This document shows, piece after piece, positions 1 through 11,763 of a stretch of 60,544 bases of DNA (positions are counted from its first letter, which is position 1; each line of letters begins with the position of its first letter). A model generated the notes under the pieces. It did no database searches. It was not told where the DNA came from and was given only the letters and a program-made list of their open reading frames with translations. Origin of the DNA: an uncultured Pelagibacteraceae bacterium (GTDB lineage Bacteria; Pseudomonadota; Alphaproteobacteria; Pelagibacterales; Pelagibacteraceae); the NCBI GenBank assembly GCA_902636165.1, contig CACPQV010000001.1, positions 1 through 60,544 of the forward strand, in the 5' to 3' direction. A program made the translations under genes and the position numbers.

Positions 1-95
1 TATTTTTGGTTGGAATGTAGTACAAATAGTGTACTAAACGCTGCCATAATAACCTGTCAGTTATTTCATTCAAAAATATAACAAATTATTTATTT

Positions 96-467
96 ATGCC
101 GACTATTAACCAGTTGTTAAAAAAAAAAAGAGCTAAACAAGTAAACAGGAATAAAGTTCCTGCACTTCAAAAACAACCTTTAAAAAGAGGTGTTTGTGTT
201 AAAGTTTATACAACTACTCCAAAAAAACCGAATTCTGCACTAAGAAAAGTTGCAAGAGTTAGGTTGTCGAATGGTTTCGAAGTTACAGCTTACATTCCAG
301 GAGAAGGTCATAATTTACAAGAACATTCTGTTGTTTTAATTAGGGGTGGAAGAGTTAAAGATTTACCTGGAGTGAGATATCATATCCTAAGGGGTAACTT
401 AGATACTCAAGGCGTTGCAAATAGAAAAAAAAGAAGATCTTTATATGGAACCAAAAAAGGTAAATAA
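96..467 (+). CDS. rpsL: 30S ribosomal protein S12
   Basis: MPTINQL start; [10 protein letters not shown] and [10 protein letters not shown] motifs. Confidence 0.99.
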   Translation: MPTINQLLKKKRAKQVNRNKVPALQKQPLKRGVCVKVYTTTPKKPNSALRKVARVRLSNGFEVTAYIPGEGHNLQEHSVVLIRGGRVKDLPGVRYHILRGNLDTQGVANRKKRRSLYGTKKGK

Positions 468-469
468 CT

Positions 470-940
470 ATGTCTAGAAAAAAAACTCAACCAAAAAAAA
501 GTATTGTTCCAGATCCAAAATTTAATTCAACAATTATTCCAAAGTTAATAAATAATATTATGTATGACGGAAAAAGAGGTGTTGCAGCAAAGATTGTTTA
601 TGATGCGATAGAAAAAATCAAAACTAAATCAAAAGATGAACCAATAAATATTTTTAATGAGGCAATAAATAATATTAAACCAACTGTTGAGGTAAGATCG
701 AGGAGAGTTGGTGGTGCTACATACCAGGTTCCTGTAGAGGTAAAAAGTAAAAGAGCTCAAGCGTTGGCAATTAGATGGTTGGTTGAGTCAGCAAGAAAAA
801 GAAAAGACAAACACATGTCAGACAAAATTTTTAATGAACTTTATGATGCTTATGAAAAAAAAGGAGCTGCAGTAAAAAAAAGAGAGGATGTGCATAAAAT
901 GGCAGAGTCTAATAAAGCATTTGCACATTTTAGATGGTAA
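470..940 (+). CDS. rpsG: 30S ribosomal protein S7
   Basis: RRVGGATYQVPVEV motif; ends AFAHFRW; follows rpsL. Confidence 0.99.
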   Translation: MSRKKTQPKKSIVPDPKFNSTIIPKLINNIMYDGKRGVAAKIVYDAIEKIKTKSKDEPINIFNEAINNIKPTVEVRSRRVGGATYQVPVEVKSKRAQALAIRWLVESARKRKDKHMSDKIFNELYDAYEKKGAAVKKREDVHKMAESNKAFAHFRW

Positions 941-946
941 TAATTT

Positions 947-3025
947 ATGGCGAGAACACATACATTAGATAAATATAGAAATATTGGAATAATGGCGCAC
1001 ATAGATGCTGGTAAAACAACAACTACAGAAAGAGTATTATATTATACTGGCAAAAGTCATAAAATTGGAGAAGTCCACGACGGAGCAGCCACAATGGACT
1101 GGATGGAACAAGAACAAGAAAGAGGAATTACAATTACCTCAGCTGCAACAACATGTTTTTGGCAAAACCATAGAATTAATATTATTGATACCCCTGGTCA
1201 TGTTGATTTTACAATCGAAGTTGAGAGATCTTTAAAAGTTTTAGATGGTGCGGTTGCTGTATTTGATGGAGTAGCGGGTGTTGAACCTCAATCAGAAACT
1301 GTATGGAGACAAGCAGACAAGTACAAAGTTCCCAGAATTTGTTTTGTAAATAAACTTGATAGAACTGGTGCTGATTTTTTTAGATGTGTAGATATGATCC
1401 GAGACAGATTAGGATCTAAACCTTTAGTTATTCAAGTTCCTATAGGAATAGAGGCTTCTTTATCTGGTGTTGTTGATCTTGTTAAGATGAAAGCACAAGT
1501 TTGGAAAAATGAAGCACTAGGTGCTGAATGGGAATATAAGGATATACCTGACGATTTAAAAGAAATATCTCAAAAATATAGAACAGAATTAGTTGAGATG
1601 GCTGTAGAACAAGATGAAAAATTAATGGAGTCGTATTTAAATGGAGATGAAATTAAAGAAGAAGATCTGATTAAATGTATAAGAAAAGGAACGCTCAATT
1701 TTGATTTTGTACCAGTTTTAACTGGATCTGCATTTAAAAACAAAGGTGTACAACCTCTTTTAGATGCGGTGGTGAATTATTTACCAAGTCCTGTTGATAT
1801 AAGCTCAATTAAAGGTACCAAATTAGGAAGTGACGAGGAGGTTGAAATGAAATTTGATGACAATGCTCCTTTTTCAGCTCTAGCTTTTAAGGTAGCAAAT
1901 GATCCTTTTGTTGGTTCACTTACTTTTATAAGAATTTATTCAGGCACAATTAAAACCGGTACTGCGGTATATAACTCCTCAAAAGAAAAAGAAGAGAGAG
2001 TTGGTAGAATGTTATTGATGCATGCTAATTCAAGAGAAGATATTAAAGAAGCTAATGCTGGAGATATAGTTGCTTTAGCTGGTTTAAAAAATACAATTAC
2101 TGGTCATACTTTATGTGACAAAGAAAACGCTGTTCTTCTTGAACCAATGGAATTTCCAGATCCAGTTATTGAAATTGCTGTAGAACCAAAAACAAAAGCT
2201 GACCAGGAAAAAATGGGAGAAGCTTTAGGAAGATTGGCTAAAGAAGACCCATCTTTCAGGGTTACATCTGACGAGGAGTCAGGTCAAACAATTATAAAGG
2301 GTATGGGTGAATTACATTTAGATATAATAGTTGACCGAATGAAGAGAGAATTCAAAGTTGAAGCAAATGTTGGGGCACCTCAGGTAGCTTATAGAGAAAC
2401 AATAGAAAATTCATATGAATTTGAATACACACATAAAAAACAAAGTGGTGGTGCAGGTCAATTTGCAAAAGTTAAGTTACTGGTGGAGCCTCAAGAGGCA
2501 GGGAAAGGCCGTGAAGTTGAGAGTAAGATTAAAGGAGGTGCTATTCCAAAAGAATTTATTCCTGGAGTTGAAAAAGGAATTGAAACTATTTCAGATGGGG
2601 GAATTCTTGCAGGTTTTCCAATGATTGATTATAAAGTTACAATTTTAGATGGCTTACATCATGATGTTGACTCAAGTGTACTTGCATTTGAGCTTGCAAG
2701 TAGAGCTTGTTTTAAAGAAGCATGCACTAAAGGTGGTTTAAAATTACTAGAACCTGTTATGAGAGTAGAAGTAGTTACACCAGAAGATTACATGGGGGAC
2801 GTAATAGGTGATTTGAACAGTAGACGTGGTCAAATCAGCACTCAAGAACAAAGAGGTAACGCAACAGTTATAACTGCGATGGTGCCTTTAGCGAATATGT
2901 TTGGTTATATAAATAATTTAAGATCAATGTCTCAGGGTAGAGCACAATATTCAATGTTCTTTGATCATTACTCAAAAGTCCCACAAAATGTTCAAGATGA
3001 AGTAACAAAAAAGATTGCAGGTTAA
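947..3025 (+). CDS. fusA: Elongation factor G
   Basis: [23 protein letters not shown] GTPase motifs; 692 aa; str operon position. Confidence 0.99.
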   Translation: MARTHTLDKYRNIGIMAHIDAGKTTTTERVLYYTGKSHKIGEVHDGAATMDWMEQEQERGITITSAATTCFWQNHRINIIDTPGHVDFTIEVERSLKVLDGAVAVFDGVAGVEPQSETVWRQADKYKVPRICFVNKLDRTGADFFRCVDMIRDRLGSKPLVIQVPIGIEASLSGVVDLVKMKAQVWKNEALGAEWEYKDIPDDLKEISQKYRTELVEMAVEQDEKLMESYLNGDEIKEEDLIKCIRKGTLNFDFVPVLTGSAFKNKGVQPLLDAVVNYLPSPVDISSIKGTKLGSDEEVEMKFDDNAPFSALAFKVANDPFVGSLTFIRIYSGTIKTGTAVYNSSKEKEERVGRMLLMHANSREDIKEANAGDIVALAGLKNTITGHTLCDKENAVLLEPMEFPDPVIEIAVEPKTKADQEKMGEALGRLAKEDPSFRVTSDEESGQTIIKGMGELHLDIIVDRMKREFKVEANVGAPQVAYRETIENSYEFEYTHKKQSGGAGQFAKVKLLVEPQEAGKGREVESKIKGGAIPKEFIPGVEKGIETISDGGILAGFPMIDYKVTILDGLHHDVDSSVLAFELASRACFKEACTKGGLKLLEPVMRVEVVTPEDYMGDVIGDLNSRRGQISTQEQRGNATVITAMVPLANMFGYINNLRSMSQGRAQYSMFFDHYSKVPQNVQDEVTKKIAG

Positions 3026-3026
3026 A

Positions 3027-3335
3027 ATGGAAAAACAAAATATAAGAATTAAATTAAGAGCATATGATAACAAGATATTAGACGCTTCAACTGAGGAAAT
3101 AGTTAATACTGTAAAAAGAACGGGTGCTACAATTAAAGGTCCTATTCCCCTGCCAACTAGAATTGAAAGATATACGGTCCTTAGATCACCACATATCGAT
3201 AAAAAAAGTCGAGAACAATTTGAGTCAAGAACTCATAAAAGATTAATAGATATAATTGAACCAACGCCCCAAACTGTTGAGGCTTTAATGAAACTGGATT
3301 TGGCTTCAGGAGTAGATGTGGAGATAAAAATTTAA
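3027..3335 (+). CDS. rpsJ: 30S ribosomal protein S10
   Basis: [22 protein letters not shown]; start moved to the ATG at 3027 just after the fusA stop. Confidence 0.98.
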   Translation: MEKQNIRIKLRAYDNKILDASTEEIVNTVKRTGATIKGPIPLPTRIERYTVLRSPHIDKKSREQFESRTHKRLIDIIEPTPQTVEALMKLDLASGVDVEIKI

Positions 3336-3336
3336 A

Positions 3337-4047
3337 ATGAGTGAAATTGCTTTATTAGGTAGAAAACTTGGAATGACTAGAGAATTTTATAAATCAGGTC
3401 AATTGGTTCCCGTTACAGTTTTAAAAATAGAAAAAGCAAGAGTAATCCAAGTAATTGATAAAGATAAAAGAGGTTATAAAGCAGTTCAACTAGGATATGG
3501 AAAAATAAAAAATTCTAAATTGACTAAGGCAATGAAAGGTTTTTTTGCCAAAAAAAACACTGAAGCTAAAAGAAAATTAAAAGAATATAGAGTGACAAAT
3601 GCTGATAATTTTAAAGAAGGGAACGAATTTGGTCTTGAGATATTTAAAGATGTAAAATTTGTAGATACAAAATCAAAAACTATAGGTAAAGGTTTTGCTG
3701 GAGCTATGAAAAGACACAATTTTGGAGGTCTTAGAGCAAGTCATGGTGTTTCAATTTCTCATAGATCCCATGGGTCAACAGGTCAAAGGCAGGATCCAGG
3801 AAAAGTTTTTAAAGGAAAAAAAATGGCTGGTCATATGGGAGATAAACTTAGAACTATGCAAAATATTGAAATTATTAAAACTGATTTAGAAAATGAATTA
3901 CTTTATCTTAAAGGTTCAATCCCGGGATCAAAAAATTCTGAAGTTTTAGTAAAAGGTTCTGTTAAAAATATTAAAAAATTAACAATTGAAGAAAAAATCA
4001 AAGCTGCCGAAATTGCTAAGAAAACACCAGACAAGAAGAAAAAATAA
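3337..4047 (+). CDS. rplC: 50S ribosomal protein L3
   Basis: GKGFAGAMKRHNF, PGKVFKGKKMAGHMG. Confidence 0.98.
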   Translation: MSEIALLGRKLGMTREFYKSGQLVPVTVLKIEKARVIQVIDKDKRGYKAVQLGYGKIKNSKLTKAMKGFFAKKNTEAKRKLKEYRVTNADNFKEGNEFGLEIFKDVKFVDTKSKTIGKGFAGAMKRHNFGGLRASHGVSISHRSHGSTGQRQDPGKVFKGKKMAGHMGDKLRTMQNIEIIKTDLENELLYLKGSIPGSKNSEVLVKGSVKNIKKLTIEEKIKAAEIAKKTPDKKKK

Positions 4048-4670
4048 TGAAAGTTGATAAACTAAATTTAGATGGAAAAAAGGGATCAATAGAGGTTCTT
4101 GATAAAATCTTTTCTGCTAAGATAAATAATAAGCTTGTAAATAATGTTTTATACAAAACAAATGCTAATTACAAAGGACGTCATGCTAAGACAAAACAGC
4201 AAAATGAAGTTTCAGGTCCTACATCAAAAATTTATGCACAAAAAGGAACAGGTAATGCAAGACATGCCAGTAGAAAAGCACCCATATTTGTCGGAGGTGG
4301 TATAGCACATGGTCCAAAAGGTCAGCTGTCTTATAAAAAAAGAAAATTAAATAAAAGTGAGAAAAGAAACAGTATTGCATCATTAATAAGTGAAAAAATA
4401 CAAAACAAAAATCTTTTGATTTTTAGTGATTTTAATACAGAGATTAAAAAAACTAAAGAAATGAGCTTAATTATTAAAAAATTTGATATGAAAAACTCTC
4501 TTATAATTTTAGATAAATCCTCTAAAGAAAAAATTGAAAAATCAATTAGAAACATTCCAACTATAAAAGTTACTGACATTAATCATTTTAGCGCATTTGA
4601 TATTGTAAAATTTGAAAAAATTGTATTTACAGAAAGCTCAGTAAAGGAGCTTGAAAAGAGGTACACCTAA
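4047..4670 (+). CDS. rplD: 50S ribosomal protein L4
   Basis: QKGTGNARH, GGGIAHGPK; S10 operon order. Confidence 0.97.
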   Translation: MKVDKLNLDGKKGSIEVLDKIFSAKINNKLVNNVLYKTNANYKGRHAKTKQQNEVSGPTSKIYAQKGTGNARHASRKAPIFVGGGIAHGPKGQLSYKKRKLNKSEKRNSIASLISEKIQNKNLLIFSDFNTEIKKTKEMSLIIKKFDMKNSLIILDKSSKEKIEKSIRNIPTIKVTDINHFSAFDIVKFEKIVFTESSVKELEKRYT

Positions 4671-4963
4671 TGCATAAAATACATTTATACGATAAGATTT
4701 TATCACCTTTAGTAACTGAAAAATCAACTAATTTATCAGAACATAATAAGATTGTTTTTAAAGTTCCTAATAAAGCAAATAAAAAAAATTTAAAAAAGAA
4801 TATCGAGAAAATTTTTAAAGTAAACATCACTAAAATTAATATAATTAATAAACAAAGTAGAACAAAACTAACAAGAGGTAGAAAAGTAAAAATTTCTGGT
4901 TATAAAAAAGCAATCATAACACTTAAAAAGGGTCAAAGCATTGATCTAACAACAGGTATATAA
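4670..4963 (+). CDS. rplW: 50S ribosomal protein L23
   Basis: PLVTEKS, YKKAIITL motifs. Confidence 0.97.
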   Translation: MHKIHLYDKILSPLVTEKSTNLSEHNKIVFKVPNKANKKNLKKNIEKIFKVNITKINIINKQSRTKLTRGRKVKISGYKKAIITLKKGQSIDLTTGI

Positions 4964-4965
4964 AA

Positions 4966-5805
4966 ATGGCATTAAAAACTTTTAAACCATATACAAAGTC
5001 AACTAGAGGTACAATTCTTATTGACAGAACTGGTCTATGGAAAGGGAAACCATTTAAATCTTTAGTTTCACCAAAAAATGCTATGAAAGGTAGAAACAAT
5101 AATGGCCGTATAACCTCTATTAATCGAGCTGGTGGGCACAAAAAAATGTATAGGCATGTTGATTTTTATAGAAAAAAATTTGATATGCCAGCAATAGTTG
5201 AGAGAATTGAGTATGATCCAAATCGTTCATGTTACATAATGTTAGTAAAATTTGATGATAATAGTTTTGCTTATTATTTAGCTCCACAAAAAATTAAAGT
5301 TGGTGACAAAATTGAAAATGGATCAAAAAAAGAGATTAAAATTGGTAATTGCATGCCATTACAAGATATTCCTGTTGGTATAAACATTCATAATGTTGAA
5401 ATTCAGCCCGGAGGCGGTGGTAAAATTGCAAGATCTGCCGGCACATCAGTTACAATAAGTGGTTTAGATGGAAATTACAGTTTAATTAAAATGGCATCAG
5501 GAGAAGTACGAAAAATTGATTCTCGAGCCTTAGCTACTATTGGAGTATTAAGTAATCCAGATCAAAAAAATATAAAAATTGGAAAAGCAGGAAGATCTAG
5601 ATGGTTAGGTCGAAAACCACATACTAGAGGTGTTGTTAAAAATCCAGTTGACCATCCGCACGGAGGTGGGGAAGGAAAATCAGCTGGAGGAAGACATCCA
5701 GTATCGCCAACAGGTCAATCGGCAAAAGGATTAAAAACAAGAGATAATAAAAGAACAGATAAATTTATAGTTAGACGAAGAAATAAAAGAAAGGATACTA
5801 AATAA
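4966..5805 (+). CDS. rplB: 50S ribosomal protein L2
   Basis: [20 protein letters not shown]. Confidence 0.99.
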   Translation: MALKTFKPYTKSTRGTILIDRTGLWKGKPFKSLVSPKNAMKGRNNNGRITSINRAGGHKKMYRHVDFYRKKFDMPAIVERIEYDPNRSCYIMLVKFDDNSFAYYLAPQKIKVGDKIENGSKKEIKIGNCMPLQDIPVGINIHNVEIQPGGGGKIARSAGTSVTISGLDGNYSLIKMASGEVRKIDSRALATIGVLSNPDQKNIKIGKAGRSRWLGRKPHTRGVVKNPVDHPHGGGEGKSAGGRHPVSPTGQSAKGLKTRDNKRTDKFIVRRRNKRKDTK

Positions 5806-6107
5806 TGTCCAGGGCTGTTTGGAAAGGACCTTTTGTTGAGGAAAGTTTAATGAAGAAAGTTGACAAGTATAAAACTGATCCAAAAAAAATACCAATTAAA
5901 ACTTGGTCAAGAAAGTCAACTATTATTCCTGATTTCGTTGGAGTAAGTTTTTTAATTTACAATGGTAAGAAGTTTATTCCAATAACAGTCTCTGAAGATA
6001 TGGTTGGACATAAGCTAGGAGAATTTGCTCCTACTAGAACTTTTTTTGGCCATACACCAGCAGATAAAAAAGCAAAACCTGATGAAACAGACGCAAGTAA
6101 AAAGTAA
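5805..6107 (+). CDS. rpsS: 30S ribosomal protein S19
   Basis: [23 protein letters not shown]. Confidence 0.98.
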   Translation: MSRAVWKGPFVEESLMKKVDKYKTDPKKIPIKTWSRKSTIIPDFVGVSFLIYNGKKFIPITVSEDMVGHKLGEFAPTRTFFGHTPADKKAKPDETDASKK

Positions 6108-6109
6108 TT

Positions 6110-6508
6110 ATGAGTAAAAAAAATAAAGTTAAAACTAAAAAAGAAAAAATAGTGAAATCTGTAAATAATAATATCAGGTCAAGTGTAAGAAAACTAAATC
6201 CTATTTTAAAAAGTATTGTTGGAAAAAAAGTAGATTTAGCTATGAGAGATTTACAATTTTCTGAAAAGAGAATTACAAATGATATAAGAAAAACAATAAA
6301 TTCAGCTGTAGCTAATGCTGAAAATAATTTTCAATACGATATAGATAAGCTGATTGTAAAAGAAGCCTACTGTGGAAAAAAGATTATTATGAAAAGATTT
6401 AGACCAAGAGCAAAAGGGAGAGCTGCACCAATTTTAAAACCTTATTCAAGTGTAACGATTATTCTTTCAGAAAAACAAAAAGTGGAGAGCCATGGGACAA
6501 AAAGTTAA
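6110..6508 (+). CDS. rplV: 50S ribosomal protein L22
   Basis: [17 protein letters not shown]. Confidence 0.97.
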   Translation: MSKKNKVKTKKEKIVKSVNNNIRSSVRKLNPILKSIVGKKVDLAMRDLQFSEKRITNDIRKTINSAVANAENNFQYDIDKLIVKEAYCGKKIIMKRFRPRAKGRAAPILKPYSSVTIILSEKQKVESHGTKS

Positions 6509-7172
6509 TCCGGTAGGTTTTAGATTGGGAGTAAATAGAGGTTGGGACTCTGTTTGGTATGCCAAGAAAAAAGATTTTGGTAATTATTTAATTGAGGATT
6601 TTAAAATAAGAGAATATATCAAAAAAAATGTAATTAATTCTGGAGTGTCTAAAGTAATGATCGAAAGAACAGCTAATAAATGTTATGTAACAATTTATAC
6701 ATCACGACCAGGTTTCGTAATAGGAAAAAAAGGAAGTGATATTGACAAAATAAAAAATAATTTATCAAAATTTACTACGAATGAAATTTCATTGAATATC
6801 AAAGAGGTTAAAAAACCGGAGACAAACGCATATCTTGTAGCTGAAAATATTGCACAACAACTAGTTAAAAGAATTTCATACAGACGTGCAATGAAAAGAG
6901 CAATGCAGTCGTGTTTAAGATTAGGAGCTAAAGGTATAAAAGTATCAATAAGTGGAAGATTAGGTGGGAATGAAATAGCAAGGACTGAATGGTTAAGAGA
7001 CGGAAGTATTCCTTCACATACTTTAAGAGCAAACATTGATTACGCAGAAGCTGAAGCTTTAACTACCTATGGTATTATTGGTATTAAGGTATGGATATAT
7101 AAAGGTGAGGTTTTTGCTAAAGAATTTAGTCAAGAAACAAATAAAGTAACAACTAAAGAGGTTAAAGAATAA
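6492..7172 (+). CDS. rpsC: 30S ribosomal protein S3
   Basis: [27 protein letters not shown]. Confidence 0.98.
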   Translation: MGQKVNPVGFRLGVNRGWDSVWYAKKKDFGNYLIEDFKIREYIKKNVINSGVSKVMIERTANKCYVTIYTSRPGFVIGKKGSDIDKIKNNLSKFTTNEISLNIKEVKKPETNAYLVAENIAQQLVKRISYRRAMKRAMQSCLRLGAKGIKVSISGRLGGNEIARTEWLRDGSIPSHTLRANIDYAEAEALTTYGIIGIKVWIYKGEVFAKEFSQETNKVTTKEVKE

Positions 7173-7173
7173 A

Positions 7174-7584
7174 ATGTTACAACCTGTTAGAACAAAATGG
7201 AGAAAGGCTCATAAAGGCAGAATTCATGGAAATGCTTCAAGAGCAAATTTTATAAATTACGGTGCTTATGCTTTAAAGGCATTATCACCAGATAGAGTTA
7301 CAGGAAAACAAATAGAAGCTGCTAGAGTTGCATTAACTAGACATATGAAAAGACAAGGAAGAGTTTGGACAAGAATTTTTCCGAACATACCTGTATCAAA
7401 AAAACCAATCGAAGTAAGAATGGGAAAAGGTAAAGGGTCACCAGAGTATTACGCTTGTAGAGTAAAACCTGGAAGGATTTTATTTGAAGTAGATGGTGTA
7501 TCAGAGGATATTGCTAAAGAAGCTTTATATAAAGCTTCTGCTAAATTACCAATAAAAACAAAAACTATTAAGAGGTTTTCTTAA
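7174..7584 (+). CDS. rplP: 50S ribosomal protein L16
   Basis: [15 protein letters not shown]. Confidence 0.98.
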   Translation: MLQPVRTKWRKAHKGRIHGNASRANFINYGAYALKALSPDRVTGKQIEAARVALTRHMKRQGRVWTRIFPNIPVSKKPIEVRMGKGKGSPEYYACRVKPGRILFEVDGVSEDIAKEALYKASAKLPIKTKTIKRFS

Positions 7585-7775
7585 TGAAAAAACAAGAAAT
7601 CAAAAAACTTTCAAAGGATCAAGCAATTAAGAATATTGATAAATTGAAAAAAGATTTATTTAATTTTAGATTTCAAAAAATAAATTCTCAAGTTCAAAGC
7701 CCGTCTAAAATAGGTGAAACAAAAAAAACAATAGCAAGACTAAAGACTTTTTTAAGAGGAAAAGAAAATGCCTAA
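7584..7775 (+). CDS. rpmC: 50S ribosomal protein L29
   Basis: [16 protein letters not shown]; 63 aa between rplP and rpsQ. Confidence 0.93.
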   Translation: MKKQEIKKLSKDQAIKNIDKLKKDLFNFRFQKINSQVQSPSKIGETKKTIARLKTFLRGKENA

Positions 7776-8004
7776 GAAAATTTTAACAGGAGTTGTAATA
7801 AGTGATAAGCCTAACAAAACAATAACAGTTATGGTTGAAAGAAAGTATTCACATCCATTATTAAAAAAAGTTGTTAAAGTAAGAAAAAAATATAATGCTC
7901 ATGATGAAAATAATAAATTTAAAAATGGAGATAGAGTAACTATCGTAGAAAGTAAACCATTTTCTAAGAATAAAAAATTTCAAGTTATGGAGAGTGCTAA
8001 ATAA
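7768..8004 (+). CDS. rpsQ: 30S ribosomal protein S17
   Basis: [21 protein letters not shown]. Confidence 0.97.
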   Translation: MPKKILTGVVISDKPNKTITVMVERKYSHPLLKKVVKVRKKYNAHDENNKFKNGDRVTIVESKPFSKNKKFQVMESAK

Positions 8005-8372
8005 TGATACAAGTCCAGACAGAATTGTTGGTAGCAGATAATACAGGTGCTAAAAAAATTGAATGTATTAAGGTATTAGGAGGATCTAAAAGAAGATATG
8101 CGAGTATAGGAGATACTATAGTTATTGCGGTAAAAGAGGCTATACCAAAAGGAAAAGTCAAAAAGGGATCAGTTCACAAGGCTGTTGTTGTAAGAGTTAA
8201 AAAAGGTATCCATAGAGACGATGGATCGAAAGTTAGATTTGACAATAATGCAGCTGTTTTGGTTGATGATAAAGGTGAACCTGTTGGAACAAGAATTTTT
8301 GGACCAGTTACGAGAGAGTTAAGAACAAGAGGACAAATGAAAATAATTTCTTTAGCACCTGAGGTTTTATAA
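8004..8372 (+). CDS. rplN: 50S ribosomal protein L14
   Basis: [22 protein letters not shown]. Confidence 0.99.
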   Translation: MIQVQTELLVADNTGAKKIECIKVLGGSKRRYASIGDTIVIAVKEAIPKGKVKKGSVHKAVVVRVKKGIHRDDGSKVRFDNNAAVLVDDKGEPVGTRIFGPVTRELRTRGQMKIISLAPEVL

Positions 8373-8620
8373 TGATTAAAAAAGGTCAAAAAGTAAAAAT
8401 TTTAACTGGAAAAGATAAAAAAAAAGATGGTGAAGTAATTGAAATTGACAGATCAAACAATAGAGCAAAAATAAAAGAAATTAATATGGTGAAAAAACAT
8501 GTAAAAACAACTAAAGAAAAAAAAGGTGGAATTTTTTCAAAAGAAAGTTTCATTCACATATCAAATCTTAAGTTAATTGACGAAAAATTAAAAAAATCAA
8601 AAAAAGAGGTTAAAAAATAA
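8372..8620 (+). CDS. rplX: 50S ribosomal protein L24 (short form)
   Basis: KOW motif [19 protein letters not shown]; 82 aa. Confidence 0.93.
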   Translation: MIKKGQKVKILTGKDKKKDGEVIEIDRSNNRAKIKEINMVKKHVKTTKEKKGGIFSKESFIHISNLKLIDEKLKKSKKEVKK

Positions 8621-9174
8621 TGGTACCAAGATTAAAAGAACTTTTTATAAAAGAAATACAGCCCTCTTTAAAAACTCAGTTTGGTTTTAAAAATCTATAT
8701 ATGGGTCCCAAAATTGAGAAAGTAATTTTGAATATGGGCTTAGGTTTGGATGGAAATGATGGGAAAATTTTAAAATCATGCGAGCAAGATTTAGCAAAAA
8801 TAGCAGGTCAAAAACCTGTGATAACTAGATTTAAAAAATCTGTAGCTAATTTTAAAACACGAAAAGGATCAAATGCTGGCTTAAAGGTTACATTAAGGAA
8901 AAATAAAATGTATGAGTTTATTGATAGATTAGTAAATATTGCATTACCAAGAATTAAAGATTTTCGTGGCTTATCTTCAAATGGTTTTGATAAATTTGGT
9001 AATTATACTTTTGGTGTAAAAGAACATATCATTTTTCCAGAAGTAAGTTTTGATAGAGCTGATAAAGTAAGAGGTCTAGATATAACATTAGTTATATCTT
9101 CAAGAAATAAAGATCACAGTTTTGCTTTATTAGAGAAATTAAACTTCCCATTTATTAAAAAAGGAGAAAATTAA
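8620..9174 (+). CDS. rplE: 50S ribosomal protein L5
   Basis: [25 protein letters not shown]. Confidence 0.98.
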   Translation: MVPRLKELFIKEIQPSLKTQFGFKNLYMGPKIEKVILNMGLGLDGNDGKILKSCEQDLAKIAGQKPVITRFKKSVANFKTRKGSNAGLKVTLRKNKMYEFIDRLVNIALPRIKDFRGLSSNGFDKFGNYTFGVKEHIIFPEVSFDRADKVRGLDITLVISSRNKDHSFALLEKLNFPFIKKGEN

Positions 9175-9175
9175 G

Positions 9176-9481
9176 ATGGCTAAGTTAAGTTCAGTAAATA
9201 AAAATAACAGAAGGATTAAACTTTCAAATAGATTTTTTAATAAAAGAAAGAAACTAAAAAAAATTATTATGAATAAAAAACTTCCTCTTGAAGAGAGATT
9301 TAAGGCTCAACAAAAATTGTCTAAATTACCAAGAAATTCAGCAAAGACAAGAGTTATGAATAGATGTCAGATAACTGGTAGACCTCACGGTGTATATAGA
9401 AAATTGAAAATATCAAGAATTGCATTAAGGCAACTTGGTTTACAAGGAAAAATCCCAGGATTAGTAAAATCAAGCTGGTAG
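9176..9481 (+). CDS. rpsN: 30S ribosomal protein S14 (long, Zn-free type)
   Basis: [22 protein letters not shown]. Confidence 0.98.
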   Translation: MAKLSSVNKNNRRIKLSNRFFNKRKKLKKIIMNKKLPLEERFKAQQKLSKLPRNSAKTRVMNRCQITGRPHGVYRKLKISRIALRQLGLQGKIPGLVKSSW

Positions 9482-9491
9482 AAAGGAATAT

Positions 9492-9887
9492 ATGAGTTTA
9501 AGTGACCCTATAGGAGATATGATAGCAAGAGTAAAAAATGCTCAACAAAGAAATCATAAACATGTAGAATTACCGTCTTCAAACTTTAAAGTAAAGATTG
9601 CTGACATCCTTAAAAAAGAAGGTTTCATAAAAGATTTTAAGGTAAGTTCGGATAATAATAAAAATATTTTGATGTTAGAATTAAAATATTATTCAGGTAA
9701 TCCAGTAATAAGTAATTTTGAGCGTGTCTCTAAACCTGGAAGAAGAATATTTTCAAGCGCTGATGGACTACCTAAAATTAATAACGGATTGGGCATAGCT
9801 ATTATATCTACACCACAAGGGGTAATGACGGATATAGATGCTAGAAAAAAAAGAGTCGGTGGTGAAATTATTTGTAAGGTATTTTGA
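9492..9887 (+). CDS. rpsH: 30S ribosomal protein S8
   Basis: DPIGDM, SKPGRR, GGEIIC. Confidence 0.98.
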   Translation: MSLSDPIGDMIARVKNAQQRNHKHVELPSSNFKVKIADILKKEGFIKDFKVSSDNNKNILMLELKYYSGNPVISNFERVSKPGRRIFSSADGLPKINNGLGIAIISTPQGVMTDIDARKKRVGGEIICKVF

Positions 9888-10426
9888 TGTCTAAAATTGG
9901 TAAAATAAACATTTCAATTCCAGAAAAAGTAAAGGTTGCATTAGCTGGTAGTGTTTTAAATATAGAGGGACCTCTTGGAAAAAGTGCACTTAACATTGAT
10001 TTAGACACTTTCAATATTGATATTAAAGATGGAAAGCAAATATCTTTAAAACCAAAAAAAATAGACCAAAATACTAAACGTTTATGGGGAATGAATAGAA
10101 GTTTAATCAATAATGCTGTAATTGGCTCAAGTACAGGTTATGAAAAAATTTTGGAGTTAGTTGGTGTAGGATATAGAGCAGCCTTAAAAGGGAAACAATT
10201 AAACTTACAGCTAGGTTACAGTCATGATATTGATTTTGATATTCCAGATGGAATAAAAATTAATGTAGAGAAACAAACTACTATTAAAATATCTGGTGTC
10301 AATAAACAACAAGTAGGTTCAATTGCTTCAAAAATTAAAACTTTAAGAAAAATTGAACCTTATAAAGGAAAAGGTGTTAGAGAAAAGGGTCAGTATATAC
10401 TTAAAAAAGAAGGTAAGAAAAAATAA
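9887..10426 (+). CDS. rplF: 50S ribosomal protein L6
   Basis: MSKIGK, GVGYRA, LGYSH, EPYKGKG; ATG at 9887. Confidence 0.98.
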   Translation: MSKIGKINISIPEKVKVALAGSVLNIEGPLGKSALNIDLDTFNIDIKDGKQISLKPKKIDQNTKRLWGMNRSLINNAVIGSSTGYEKILELVGVGYRAALKGKQLNLQLGYSHDIDFDIPDGIKINVEKQTTIKISGVNKQQVGSIASKIKTLRKIEPYKGKGVREKGQYILKKEGKKK

Positions 10427-10782
10427 TGAAATTGACTGCTAATAAAAGAAAAAGATTTAGGGTAAGCAACAAAGTAAAAAAAGTTGCACCTGATGAAAGA
10501 TTTAGATTAAGTATATCAAGATCTTCAAAAAATATTTCAGCTCAAATTATTGATGATAAAAAAAGTGCAACTTTAATTTCTGCCTCATCTATTGAAAAAG
10601 ATATTAAGTCTGTATCAAAAGTAAATAAGACCGAACTATCCAAAATAGTTGCTGAAAAATTAGCTAAAAAGGCACAAGAAAAAAAGATTACAAAAATTTA
10701 TTTTGATAGAGGTAATTATAAATATCATGGAAGAGTGAAAGTTTTTGCGGAAACTCTTCGAAAAAATGGAATGGAGTTTTGA
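10426..10782 (+). CDS. rplR: 50S ribosomal protein L18
   Basis: [12 protein letters not shown] motif. Confidence 0.97.
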   Translation: MKLTANKRKRFRVSNKVKKVAPDERFRLSISRSSKNISAQIIDDKKSATLISASSIEKDIKSVSKVNKTELSKIVAEKLAKKAQEKKITKIYFDRGNYKYHGRVKVFAETLRKNGMEF

Positions 10783-10783
10783 C

Positions 10784-11299
10784 ATGGATAATATAAAAGA
10801 CAAAAAAAATGATGATATTTTAGAAAAATTAGTGCACATAAATAGAATAACTAAAGTTGTTAAAGGGGGAAGAAGATTTGGTTTTTCAGCTTTAGTAGTT
10901 GTCGGAAATCAAGCTGGTAGAATTGGTATTGCTCATGCTAAAGCGAAACAAGTTCCTGATGCGATTAAAAAAGCCAATGAGATGGCAAGAAGAAAATTAA
11001 TACATATACCACTTAGAGAAGGAAGAACTATTCACCACGACGTGAAAGCTAAAGATGGTTCGGGCAAAATAGTTTTAAGAGCTGCATCAAAAGGGACAGG
11101 TATCATTGCCGGAGGTCCAGTTAGAGCTGTTTGTGAAGTCTTAGGAGTAAAAGATATTGTCGCAAAATCTATGGGAACCTCAAATGCCCATAATGTGATA
11201 CGCGCAACCATGAAAGCATTTTTAAAACAAAATTCACCAAAACAAATATCTGCAATTAGAAATAAAAAAATTTCTGAAATAATTGAAAAAAGAGGATAA
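10784..11299 (+). CDS. rpsE: 30S ribosomal protein S5
   Basis: KVVKGGRRFGFSALVVVG, GTGIIAGG; likely start ATG 10784. Confidence 0.98.
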   Translation: MDNIKDKKNDDILEKLVHINRITKVVKGGRRFGFSALVVVGNQAGRIGIAHAKAKQVPDAIKKANEMARRKLIHIPLREGRTIHHDVKAKDGSGKIVLRAASKGTGIIAGGPVRAVCEVLGVKDIVAKSMGTSNAHNVIRATMKAFLKQNSPKQISAIRNKKISEIIEKRG

Positions 11300-11751
11300 T
11301 GATTAAATTAAATAACAGATCAAAAATTAATAAAACAAAAATAAGAGTTGGTAGAGGAATAGGTTCAGGTAAAGGCAAGACGTCTGGAAGAGGTGTAAAA
11401 GGACAAAAATCTCGTTCTGGTGTTGCAATAAAAAGTTTTGAAGGTGGTCAAATGCCATTATATAGAAGGTTACCAAAAAGAGGGTTTAACCCAGTAAATA
11501 AAAAAAATATAGCAATTTTGAATTTAGATAAAATACAATCATACATTGATAAGAAATCAATTAAGACAAGTGATATTGTTAACTCAGAATTATTGAAAAA
11601 ATTAAAATTGATAAATAAAAATTCAATTAAACTTAAGATTTTAGGTACAGGGGATATAAAAGATAAAGTTAATATTGAAGCGGATTTAGCATCAAAATCA
11701 GCAGTTACGAAGTTAGAAAAAATTGGTGGATCTATACAGTTAAAAAAATAA
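11299..11751 (+). CDS. rplO: 50S ribosomal protein L15
   Basis: GRGIGSGKGKTSGRG, FEGGQMPLYRRLPKRGF. Confidence 0.98.
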   Translation: MIKLNNRSKINKTKIRVGRGIGSGKGKTSGRGVKGQKSRSGVAIKSFEGGQMPLYRRLPKRGFNPVNKKNIAILNLDKIQSYIDKKSIKTSDIVNSELLKKLKLINKNSIKLKILGTGDIKDKVNIEADLASKSAVTKLEKIGGSIQLKK

Positions 11752-11763
11752 ATTGTCTTATTA

